Source of the DNA: Marsupella aquatica
Lineage: Eukaryota; Plantae; Marchantiophyta
DNA length: 64,000 bases
Assembly (NCBI GenBank): GCA_973895155.1
Contig: OZ316892.1
Span: 19,975,869 to 20,039,868, forward strand
Direction of reading: 5' to 3'
Both the position numbers and the translations under genes were made by a program. Positions 12,230 through 23,299 of this stretch are shown here, in pieces. Under the pieces are notes generated by a model that saw only the letters and a program-made list of their open reading frames with translations, ran no database searches and had not been told where the DNA came from. How positions within the stretch are numbered: the stretch's first letter is position 1; every line of letters starts with the position of its first letter.

Positions 12230-12790
12230 GAACAATCTTTTTCTTAACAACATCTTTTGTGCAATGCACGGGTATTTACCTAAATGATGTCTTGGCCGAC
12301 ACGATATCTTTTCCCTCAACGATGTCTTTGCCGACACGACATCTTTTTTCTCAACAACATCTTGGCCGACATGATTTTTTTTAATGACATCTTGGCCGAC
12401 ACGACATCTTTTTTCTCAATAACTTCTTGGCCAAGACAACATCTTTTTTCTCAACGACCTCTTGGCTGACATGATATCTTTTTTTTCCCAACGACTTCTT
12501 TTCTCTCAATGAATGACCTTTAGGGCGACTCGACATAATTTCTCTCCACGACCTCTTGGCCGACACGTCTTTTTTTCTCAACGACATCTTGGGCAACATG
12601 ACATCTTTTCTCTCAACAACATCTTGGGCGACATGACATCTTTTCTCTCAACAACCTCTTGGGTGACACAACATTTTTTTCTCTCCAAGACCTCTTGGCC
12701 AACACAACATCTTTTCTCTCCACGACCTCTTGGCTAACATGACATCATTTTTTCTCAACGACATCTTGGCCGACACGACTTCTTTTGTGC
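12230..12790 (+). repeat. Helitron subterminal ~34-bp tandem array (GACATCTTGGCCGACACGACATCTTTTTTCTCAAC)
   Basis: Same unit recurs at ~19880-20790 and ~57610-58010, always just before the hairpin-CTAG end. Confidence 0.9.
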
Positions 12791-13133
12791 AACACACAGG
12801 TATTGAGCTAGTTAACTTCTATAATAAACAGTTGTGCCTTTTTATAGGGTGGTCGTCATTTAAATTTGAAGGGCACAAAAATTAAAGAAGCTGACCAAGA
12901 GAAGGAATAAACTAAAAAATTATATTATATTTGGTGTGAAGTAAAGAGTGACATGTTTTCCAAACAATAAATAGAGGAGAATGCCAGGAATGACAATGCA
13001 CAATAATGAGTACTTTATGGACCATCTATGTATAATACTTTATGTACCATTTAAGTATAATTCTATACCCATGATAATTTATGTCATAAGATTGATTACA
13101 AATATTACATACTGTAATAAAAAATATCAAAAC

Positions 13134-13245
13134 TGTCATGGAATGAATGCAATGAATGTCTGTATAGTCAAGAATGTGTGTACATATAGTGGGGTCGGAT
13201 GACCGGCTGGTCCGGTCGTCCGGTCAGAGGAGGTAGAGTCTAACA
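13134..13245 (-). repeat. 3' LTR of the copia element
   Basis: Identical by eye to 19629-19740. Confidence 0.95.
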
Positions 13246-13570
13246 CTCCCCTTTGGATATATAGTGACAACTATATAGACAACATAGACTATACCTATTA
13301 TATCATGTTCATAGGAAATACATGATATAAGTACAAGCAAGGTAGACTACCTCGTTAAAAACCTTTATCAATTCTAGCTTAGTAAAAACTCTACCAGTGT
13401 AGTAGAGAAAAAATATGAGTGCTAAAGGAAAAAGAGTGCAGCCTAACAGTCCTCGTCTTAATAAATGTCAATGTTAAGTAAAGTTAGATGCTATAGTAAA
13501 TCTAGCTTGAACATCTGTCTCAACAGTAGGTCGTCAGCATCATGTCATCAGCATCATGTCGTCAGCATCA

Positions 13571-16500
13571 TCAAGCATCATGTGGAGCAGCAGCCTCCAT
13601 GGTCATCATGCGTCGCACGCTCCGCAGTCCAATCGTCTGGCAGTGTCGGTGGTGAACTGATGGCGATAGTGATTTGGTGAAGAGATTCGCACAGTTGTCT
13701 GCACTTGAAATTTGTAAAATGTTGATCTCTGTTCCATGTAACTCGTGGGTGTAGAAGAACTTTGGAGTTATATGCTTCACGCGATCGCCTTTGATGAATC
13801 CTTTCGTGATCTGCTGTACACATGCTGGGTTATCCTCAAAAATGTTAGTAGGCTTCGTTAGTGGTGGTAGGCCGCATTTGGTGTTGATGTGATTTATAAA
13901 GGATCGTAACCAAACGGCTTCACAACCAGCCTCATGTAGAGCTAAAATCTCTGAGTGATTCGATGAGGTTGCTGTTAGGGTCTGTTTCACGCTTTTCCAA
14001 GAAAAAGCGGTACCCCTAATAGTAAAGACATATCCGGTTTGGGATTTTGCGGTGTCAGTGTCGGAAAGATATCCGGCATTCGCATATCCTATGAGTTCGT
14101 GGTTTGCACCGAATGGGTAAAATAACCCGGTATCGGGGGTGCCACGCAGGTACCTAAATACGTGCTTAACTTCGTTCCAGTGTCTGGCTGTGGGAGTTGC
14201 ACTGTGTCTAGCTAGTAAGTTAACTGCAAATGCAATGTCTGGTCGGGTCTGATTTGCTAAATACATTAATGCTCCTATCGCGAAAAGGTATGGGGTTTCT
14301 GGTCCTAATAGTGGTTCATGTTCTTCGCGCTTGCGAAAAACATCAGTATTGTTTTCTAATGAACGTACAACCATTGGTGACGTCAATGGGTGTGCTAGGT
14401 TCATATTGAATTGTTTTAGGATCTTTTTGGTTTGTGTTGTCTGATGGAGCATCATGCCAGTGGGTAGGATCTCTAGTTGTAAGCCTAAGCAAAAGTTTGT
14501 ATGTCCAAGGTCTTTCATCTCAAATGTTGATTTAAGACGAGTAATAGTATCTTCTATAATTTAGGGTGTCCCAAATATATTTAAGTCATCAACATATATA
14601 GAAACGATGACATATTCGTCATCCACATGTTTAATAAATAAGCATGGGGTAATGGCATCATGGGAAAAACCCATGGCAATCATTTCATCAATAAATCTTT
14701 GATACCATACTCTGCCACTTTGTTTCAGGCCATATAATGCCTTCAACACGCGGATAGCTAGTCCACGGCGAGTATTCCGTACGGTTGATACAGTGGTGTC
14801 ATTGTTATGAGTTACATGTGTAGATGACACATGAGGTATAACTTGAGATAATTGTTTTATAATCTTATGTAAATATGGAATATGCGATTTAGCGCCATGA
14901 GCCAAAGCTCGGCGATGTTGCTCCAACTCTGGAGGTGATCGCATGTATAGACAAGTGTCTAAAGTTCCATATAGATATGCGGTCACAACATCCAGTTGTC
15001 GCATCTGTAGTTGATGGAAAATGGCAAATCCGATAAGGTATCGGAATGTTGTGCTATCCATAACCGGTGAGTAAGTTTCATCATAGTGAATTCCCGATTG
15101 TTGGGTAAATCCTTTCCCTACTATGCGTGCTTTGTAGCGTACAACTTGGCCTTCATCATTTCTTTTGCGGACGAATGTCCACTTGTAGCCAATGGGGTGT
15201 ACGTCTTGCGGTGTTGGCTCAACTGGGCCAAAAGTGTGTCTGCTTAGTAGGGAATCTAATTCTCCATTTATAATTTTTTGTCATTCAGGCCAATCTGGTC
15301 TGTTTTGGCATTCTAAAATGGATATTGGTTTGGGTGTATCATCAGTGATATGTTTTGCCACCATTAATGCAAAAACATCATCTATTGAAGTAGTATTTCT
15401 ATCCCACATCGCACCGGTGTGTGCGTAGTGGATAGAGATCTCCTCATGAGTTGTAGATTCGGTATGATCGACATCAAGTGAAGGTGGTATAGATGAACCA
15501 TGCCTTCTTGGTTGTTTATCCTTTGATCCTAAGGGTTGCCACGTTTGGTACGAGGCTGGGATGTACTTGTTGGCTCACTTGATAATTCGATGCGAGCAGA
15601 TGCTCTCGCAGCTGGAATATGTGAATGGCTAACTTGTGATGTATCGACAAAAGCGTCGGGAAGTTCTTTTACAATCTTGTGGAGTTGTAAAATTCGTTGA
15701 ACTTTTTTCTCCCCTTGATTGGTTCTAAGGTCTTGCCAAAATGGCAAGTGTCTTTCCCACTCCAAAGGTGGTTGTGGGTGTTTAGGGGTTATTAATGGTG
15801 GGTAAATGTGTTCATCAAAATGGCAATCTAGAAATCTGGCTTTAAAAACGTCGCCAGTTGTAGGCTCCATATATCAGATTATGGATGGTGAGTCGAATCC
15901 GATGTATATTCCCAACTGTCGTTGGGGTCCCATCTTGGTTCGTTTGGGTGGAGTAATGGGGACCATTACTTGACATCCAAATGAACGAAGATATGATAGG
16001 TCAGGTTTGATACCATTAGCAATTTGGTATGGGCTATAGGTATTAAAAGCCGATGGGCGGTATTGAATGAATGCATTAGCCTGTAATATGGCATGTCCCC
16101 ATGCTGAGACGGGGAGTTTCGATTGCATTAGTAGTGGGCGTGCAATGAGCTGAAGGCGTTTAATGACAGCTTCAGCTAATCCATTCTGGAAATGCACGTG
16201 GGGTACAGGATATTGTACGTCGATGCCAAGTGATGTACAAAAGTCGTCAAATGTTTCAAATGTGAATTTCCCTGCGTTGTCCACCCTTAGTGTCTTAATG
16301 GGATGATCTGGGAATTGTGTTTTCACGCGCAAGATTTGCGCCAAGATGCGAGGTATAACCATGTTCCTCATTGAAAGCAGGGTCACATTTGACCATTTAG
16401 TTGATGCGTCGATTAATACCATAAAGTAGCGGAAAGGTCCGCTCGGTGGGTTAATTGGCCTGCAAACGTCCGCATGTATGATTTCCAAGAATTTTGGTAT

Positions 16501-18223
16501 CTTGGTTGGCAATTTTGATGTCGTGGGCCTTGTTATTAATTTGCTGCGTGAGCATGCAGTGTTAATTGGAATGTGGCGTATATTGGTTGGAATGCCTCTT
16601 GAATTCTTAATGATTTTGCTTAGCATGGATTGGCCAGGGTGGCCGAGGCGTGCATGCCAAAGCGCGGGCAATTCGCTTGGTTGTGCATTGTTATGCAAAC
16701 ATTCAATTTGAGTTACATAAAACCTACATGGGTACGAGAAAAAGGTTTCTTTAATGATTTTCCCCGTAGGGGTATTTTCAACCAAGTGGATTACTTCTTG
16801 GTTTCTTGTATCGCCTGTCTGGACGTTGAGTCCATTTGCTTGTATATCTCTAAAACTGAGGAGATTATGGGTTGCGTTCGGGGCAAAAATAGCAGATTCT
16901 ATGTGGATTTATGTACCCTGTGGGACTCTAATGGAAGCTGGGCCAAAGCCCTCTTCTATTTGGCTAGGGCCACTGATAGTGGTCAGTGATCTACGTGAAG
17001 GTGTGATCTTGTGGAAAAGGTGTCTATCCCGGAGGATAGTATGTGTGGTCGCGCTGTCAATAATGCATGTGCTTGGGCTATTTAGATCTGGGGTTGTGGA
17101 GCTACTCGCCACTAAATGTGCCTCGGGTTGAACAGGTGGATCTGTAAAGTCTTGGAATGGGTCGCTAGACTCCATAAACGCCCCGTGGGTCTCACGGGGT
17201 GGTGCCCTAGAGGTTTGTCCATCCTTGAGTGACTGTTGGTATAGGGCTCTAAGGTGTTGCAGGATTCTTTCTTGCTAGGTGGTTTGTCATGCCGCATTCA
17301 TGGCATTTTGGGCATTCCCGTTGTTGTCGGGGCTGTGACCAATCATTTCTACGGTTGTTGTTATATGTTCTTCCACCGCCGCGTCCTCCGCGTCCACCGC
17401 GTCCGTCACGTCCTCCACGTCCTTCTCATCCTCCACGTCCTCCACGTCCTCTAAAGGTCCGTCGGTAATTATATTGTGGACGTTGGTTAAAGAAACTCCC
17501 CCTGTTGTGGGTGTTGCTCCGGTTGCCATTCTTAGTGCGCTTAATGCCCTGCCTTGATGTGGAGGGTTCAACGTTTTCTATATTATGGGTTTCGCCCTGT
17601 GGTCCTGAGGCTAGTGTACTCGCAGGGCGTTTTCTAGAATTAACTAAAAGAAGCTCTTGGTTTCTTTCTGTGACTAGGAGGTGGGCGATGAGCTCTGAGT
17701 ATTGCCCGAACTTCATGTTCTGGTACTGGGTTGATAATAACACGTTCGAAGAGTGAAACGTGGACAAGGTCTTTTCTAGTAGATCCTTGTCGGTGACTGG
17801 CTCGCCACAGAGTGCAAGGGTTGAAGTGATCCTGAAGAGCTCGCTATTGTAGGTTGAAATAGATGTAAAATCCTGGACTCGTAGGTTTAGCTAGTCTTGC
17901 CTGGCTCTAGGTAGTTCGACCAATTTTTGGTGGTCGAATCGGGTCTGAAGCGCTGTCCATAGTTCGCGAGGGGTTGAGAGATGCATGTATTGTCTTTGCA
18001 AGAACCTATGGATATGGCGTCTAAGAAATACTAGGGCCTTGGATTCATTCACTTTGGTTAACGGGTCTGGTTGGGGTTCGCCAGCTAGTATGGGTTGAGC
18101 TATCCCTATAGCTGGGAGTAAGGTTAGCGAGGTGAGGTTCTCCTTGAGATTCATGGACCATTCTAGGTAATTGCTACCATTGATTTCTAGGGCTGGAAAG
18201 GTTAATTTCTCGAGGTTGGTCAT
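13571..18223 (-). pseudogene. Disrupted copia gag-pol polyprotein
   Basis: Gag MTNLEKLTFPALEINGSNYLEW, knuckle CHECGMTNH, protease CIIDSATTH, integrase WHARLGHPG/RVDNAG/QNGLAE, RT LYGLKQSGRVWY/IYVDDL, RNase H SSNHSEILALHEA/IFEDN. In-frame stops at ~17891, 17426, 16909, 15874, 15283 and 14561 plus frameshifts. Confidence 0.95.
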
Positions 18224-19616
18224 GTTCGGTTGCTATGTCACTAGCTTTCTAAGTTCTTTTTTAATGGTAATTGAGGCGTATGTACTAGTACGTATAGTAA
18301 AAGTCGACAAAGCACATTTATGCGGCATGCAGGGTGTGTTTTAGTGAAGGGGGCATGCAAATCTGGAATTCAATTTTAGGGTTTGCACTTAGGATTTAGG
18401 TTTTCCTTGTTATTTGGTTAACTGCAAAGTTCCTTTTGTATTTGCTCTTTCCTTTGTTAAATTGTGCAGTAATGGAGTTTTGCAGTTTGTACAATTATGG
18501 GTGATTATTTACTTTTGCCCTGGTTAAGTGCACATGTGACTTTGTAAAGTTAAGTTTTCTTTGTTACGGTGTGCAGTTATGAAGGTTTTGCGGTTATGTG
18601 CGCTTATTTGGTTAAGTGCAACATTACCTTTGTAAGCGAGATTTCTTTGACGGATTGTGCGCTTAGGGATTTTGCACTTAAATGTGTGTTTATGGTTAAG
18701 TGCAACTTTTCCTTTGTATCTGAAATCTCTTTGACGGATGTTGCAATTAAAGAGGGTTTTGCACTTAGCAGCGGTTTCTCGACGTTTTTCGATTGATGTT
18801 GCAAAATTTCAATTTCAACGACCTCCTTCCAAGCTCCTCTGCGGTCTTTGCTGTAGCTCCGGCCTTCCGTGACTGTTACTGCTTCGATTCTTTTGTTTTT
18901 GTCCTCCTCTTCTAATCGTTTTGCTTTTTTCTCAGGTTCCAATCCTGTGTGTTATGTCCTTATGGGGATTGAGGTGGTGGCTGCCTCTCTCTCACCCTTT
19001 CGAATCTCAGTGCCTCCGCTTCAACTTCGAGCTCTCTTCCTCTATTTGCTGCCGTTGTTCGATCAGGTTTCCAGGGGTTTGCGCTTGTCCTTTAGATTCC
19101 AATCGGCCTCTACAACGATTTGTGCTCTCTTTCTGTTTGTGGCTTCGATCAGTTTCTGCTTCTAAAGTTTTCTCTTTTATGTTGTTAATCTGCCTCCTTG
19201 CTGCCCCGGTCGTTAACTGCTTATGATCGATATGCTGCAGTTTCGATTCGATGAATGGGTCCCATTGCCTCCTTTTCTTCTCACAATAATTTTCTTGAGG
19301 AATCGGTCCTCACAGTGCCTCTCATCCATTCTTTCTCTTCAGAAGGTGATTTCGATTGGACTCTTTTCAATTCTCAGTTGTTGATGCTGTTCTGATCAAT
19401 TTTCTTCTCAGCATGCTTCTCCTTATTGTGTTCTTGATCCGCATTGATCTTTTCGCTTCTCGGTGTCCTTATGAATCAGTGCGTTTCTGCTTCTTCCGCC
19501 TTATTAATTTTTATATGCTTCTGGCTGGGTCTCTTTAATTTCTTCTTACTCGATCGTTACTCAATTCGCCATAGGTTTTCTTCTCGATTCTCCTTTGCTC
19601 CGCTCGGTGAGCTTTA

Positions 19617-19628
19617 GTGCTGATAACG
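19617..19628 (-). promoter_or_regulatory. Primer-binding site (half-tRNA-Met type) of the copia element
   Basis: CGTTATCAGCAC immediately follows the 5' LTR on the minus strand; the type reported for Bianca elements. Confidence 0.8.
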
Positions 19629-19740
19629 TGTCATGGAATGAATGCAATGAATGTCTGTATAGTCAAGAATGTGTGTACATATAGTGGGGTCGGATGACCG
19701 GCTGGTCCGGTCGTCCGGTCAGAGGAGGTAGAGTCTAACA
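19629..19740 (-). repeat. 5' LTR of the copia element
   Basis: Identical by eye to 13134-13245. Confidence 0.95.
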
Positions 19741-20859
19741 AAAACCAAAAAATAGTACAAAAGCGGTAAAAGAGGGGGGGGGGGGAGGATGGGGTGCCGA
19801 ATAAAAAAAATGAAAAATACAAAAACAAAAATAATTTTTAGCTGATAATACTTTGTGGTTGTTGTCACTCATTTTTTACCCCATGACATCTTTTACTAGA
19901 TAACAATTTTTGGGTAATTATATCTTTTATTACTTAGATATATTTTGAGCAATGATATTTTTTACTTAATGACATCTTTTGAGCAAGAAATTTATTGGCA
20001 TTTTTTGCACATCTTTTCCTTAACAACATGTCATGCAATGACATGTTTTACTTCACAACATCTATGACTGATGACATTTTTTTACTTGACGACAGCTTTG
20101 GAGTCACAACATTTTTTTACTTGACTACATCTTTTACTTGATGACATATGTTTTACTTCACAACAACTTTGGCAACACGAGTTCTTTTTACTTGATGATA
20201 TCTTTGACATAACAACATCTTTGGCTCCCGACATCTTTTTACTTGGCAATAATATCTTTCACATAATGACAACTTTTTACTTGACAATATGTTTTTACTC
20301 CATGACATCTTTGGAGACACCACTCCTTTTTTTCTGAACAACATCTTTTTACTCCACGGGTTTTTTTTAACACCATCTTTTTACTTTGCGTCATCTTTGG
20401 CAACACAAAATCTTTTTACTTCACGACATCTTTGGCAACTCGATTTTTTTTAACGGCATCTTTTGTGCAACGCACGGGTTTTCTTCACAACATCTTGGGC
20501 AACACGACATTTTTCTTAAGAACACCTTTGGCGACACAATATTTTTTTCTCAATGATGTCTTGGGCAACACGATATCTTTTTTTCAACGACATATTGGCC
20601 GACACAATATCTTTTTCCTCAAGGACATCTTGGCCGACACGACATCCTTTTCTCAACAACTTCCTGGCAGACACGACATCTTTTTTCTCAGCGACATCTT
20701 GGCCGACACAACATATTTTTTCTCAATGACCTCTTGGTCGACACAACATCTTTTTTCTCAACCAAATCTTGGCCAACACGACATCTTTTGTGCAACGCAC
20801 GGGTATTGAACTAGTGTATTCATATCAATTGCACCCACTGTACTTGGACTTGTCCTTTT

Positions 20860-21360
20860 CACATTTGCCTAAATTTATAGGCCGCCCCCTTTTCAGATAA
20901 TCTCTCGGCCAAAGAATCTGACTGAAAATATGGGAGGGGCTATCACGAATTTCCACCAAAAGTTAGACTGTGGCTCTCTGGACACGGGATTGGATATTAT
21001 AGAGTAAAGTGCTCAAACACTCAATTTGATAAAAGACTCCTGGTGCTTGAAACCTTGAAAATTTTGTGGTGACACAAGGGCAGCCATGGGGATCAATGCT
21101 AGCCAGATTTGTGATCAAGTACATGAAGACTGGGAATACCTTTGAGCGTTCACAGATTTTGCATTTACATTGACTTCATTGCAGTCTTGTAGCACAAATT
21201 GAACAAATTGTGACCAAGAACAGATTCGTGCCTCTGAGTCCAATTCCCCCATATGTGAGAAGTTTCCGTGGGTTCTTCTTATTCCATAAAGTTCTCCCCG
21301 TCGCTTGAAATTACAGTGGCGTAACATCCACTGTAGGTACCTCCAAAGTTCCAAATGCTT
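20860..21360 (-). pseudogene. Possible highly degraded Mutator-like (SWIM zinc finger) transposase remnant
   Basis: Frameshifted fragments EVNVNAKS / GIPSLHVL / PPIF..GR / KRGRP resemble the MULE SWIM region and C-terminus; heavily broken. Confidence 0.25.
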
Positions 21361-21911
21361 CCAAAATACTGTTCCATCAAGGAAAGTGGCAATCAGCAGA
21401 GCACGATGCCGACTTCATGATTGTGCAAGGCTAACATCACCAAGACACTTTATTCCGCCATTCGCGCCCCTGGATTGGCTATGGACAACACCGTCACAAG
21501 CAGACACTTGTGGCCTTCCCAACAAGTTGGAACGAATACACCTTACTTGTGCGATTCTGAATCTGCCGCGAGCACCCTTTCTGACCAATTCGTGTGAAGC
21601 AACCAAAAATATAAAATATGCCATGTCAAGACATTTTGAGGGAATCTTATCAGCCCCACTAGTTGGAGAAGACTCGCATGGATCGCATGCACGGAGATTT
21701 GTGGCCCACGCTAAGATTCAAGACGGAAAAGTAACGCACCAAAACGTTTATTATTTATTTATTTATTTATATTTATAAGCTTTTTGTCTTGGGGATTTGT
21801 TTTAGTGTTGGCCCGCCTAGGGTACGGTGACGAGTCACTCCTTCCTGGACCACCATGTAAGGCAAAGTAAAATGTCACTCTGGTCTCATGTTACAAATGT
21901 AAGATCTCTCT

Positions 21912-22030
21912 CGGTCCCATGATTTATTATTAAACTAATTTTTTTCAGGGTCCCATGAATTGTTATTATTAATTTATTTTCGGTGTCCCATGAATTGTTA
22001 CTATTAATTTATTTTTCAGGGTCCCATGAT
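21912..22030. repeat. Short tandem repeat, ~3.3 x 35-38 bp
   Basis: GTCCCATGAATTGTTATTATTAATTTATTTT unit. Confidence 0.85.
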
Positions 22031-23197
22031 GATGAAACAAAATCCCTGCCCATCCGTATGAATTGTGTAAAGCAATAGTTACTTTTGCACCAAAAAGAAA
22101 AAGGAACTGGTTACGTATTGTAGTTAGATCACCTAGAGTACATTCCAATCCCACTTGCCGATTTAGTTTCGACATTTGATGTAGACCATTAACTTTTTGC
22201 CACATTTGCTAAGAATGATGAGGACCTGGGTCCATTTGCAGTAATTTTAGTTCCTCTTTCTTGGTTTTTAGGGGTTTTCTTTTGCTCACTTCTTTTGCAT
22301 TTGGTTTTGTCCACTTGGGACCTCTCTTGTTTATACTTTTGTACTCTATTTGGCCTTTTCTGTAAAAAGTATGTGTTTTCTAAAAAAAAAAAAATTGACT
22401 ACTTTGACACAGTTCTATAATGTAATTGAAATGGCTGCATATGGTAAGAAGACCGTTTATAGGTAACGCTAGCCCAATTTCCCATTCATTGAAAGTAAAT
22501 AGATATGAAAAATAATAATCTTGCAAATAAAATTTCTATGCTATTTCAGTTAATCTTTGCCCCATCCTTGTTTTTTATCCACCCTCATTTCAGTTTTGTT
22601 TTTATTTGGAATCAATATCATTTTTGTCCATCCTCATTTTTGTCCATCCTCATTTAAAGTTTTTTTAATTGAGACTTATGATCATTGTCCCATAATTTCA
22701 TATTTCTTTAATATTAGTTGTCTGGACAAAATCTGGATAAGAATTTTGCGAAAATTTCACAGGACCATGAAGGGTGAAGTGGGGAGTTAGTGTGGTCCCA
22801 TGCAAGTATGTAATTGGTAGTAGTCTCTGACTTGCATAATAATTTTCATAATTAGATAGCCCATAGTTCAGGGATGACCTTCAAATCTAAGGGTGGCTTC
22901 ACACTACCTTGGAGGCATGCAGTTTCTATAAAAAAATTGCCTCCAAGATCTGATCGGGGCCATCCATTTGGGGAATCAGGGCCATCCATTTGGGGGAAAC
23001 TGTTGTTGTTCACTTTACAAATCGTTGGGGGCAATTTCAATGGAACCTGCTACCAAACCTACATGGAATGGAGTGACTGGGCCCAATTTCTGCTTATGTG
23101 GAACACTCTTTTGTCCTAGATTTTATATGACCTCTCTTGGAGATCTCTTCTTCTGGCCCATTGGTCCATTGCTACTTCAAGCCATTTGCATTTTAAG

Positions 23198-23299
23198 TTT
23201 TTCTAGATGTGACAAGAGAAGACCCTATGAAGGACGTGAATGTGGGTCATTTGCATTTTAAGTCCTTCATAGGATCTTCTCTTGTCACATCTAGAAAAA
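23198..23299. repeat. Inverted repeat: 38-bp stem with one mismatch, 26-nt loop
   Basis: TTTTTCTAGATGTGACAAGAGAAGACCCTATGAAGGAC (23198-23235) vs GTCCTTCATAGGATCTTCTCTTGTCACATCTAGAAAAA (23262-23299). Confidence 0.92.

Larger units (their letters stand above)
7462..12811 (+). mobile_element. Non-autonomous Helitron (H1), interrupted by element A
   Basis: A|TCAAGAACTATAATACACAGTTG 5' end; 3' end TTTTGTGCAACACACAGGTATTGAGCTAG (subterminal hairpin + CTAG) preceded by the ~34-bp tandem array; termini shared with 12812-20814 and 57100-58037. Confidence 0.75.
13134..19740 (-). mobile_element. Full-length Ty1/copia LTR retrotransposon, Bianca-like lineage, defective
   Basis: 112-bp LTRs TG...CA, TSD AAAAC (13129-13133 and 19741-19745), PBS CGTTATCAGCAC, PPT AAAGGGAG next to the 3' LTR, gag-PR-IN-RT-RH domain order. 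Confidence 0.95.
12812..20814 (+). mobile_element. Non-autonomous Helitron (H2), interrupted by a copia element
   Basis: 5' TTAACTTCTATAATAAACAGTTG (cf. TCAACTCCTATAATACACAGTTG at 57100); 3' TTTTGTGCAACGCACGGGTATTGAACTAG|T. Sequence on either side of the copia joins up and aligns with the uninterrupted copy 57100-58037. Confidence 0.85.

Noticed and set aside
12230-12790. ~34-bp periodic array as a CRISPR array, and ORFs over it (also 19880-20790 and 57519-58070)
   Set aside because: No unique spacers; it is the Helitron subterminal minisatellite and the ORFs are low-complexity by-products.
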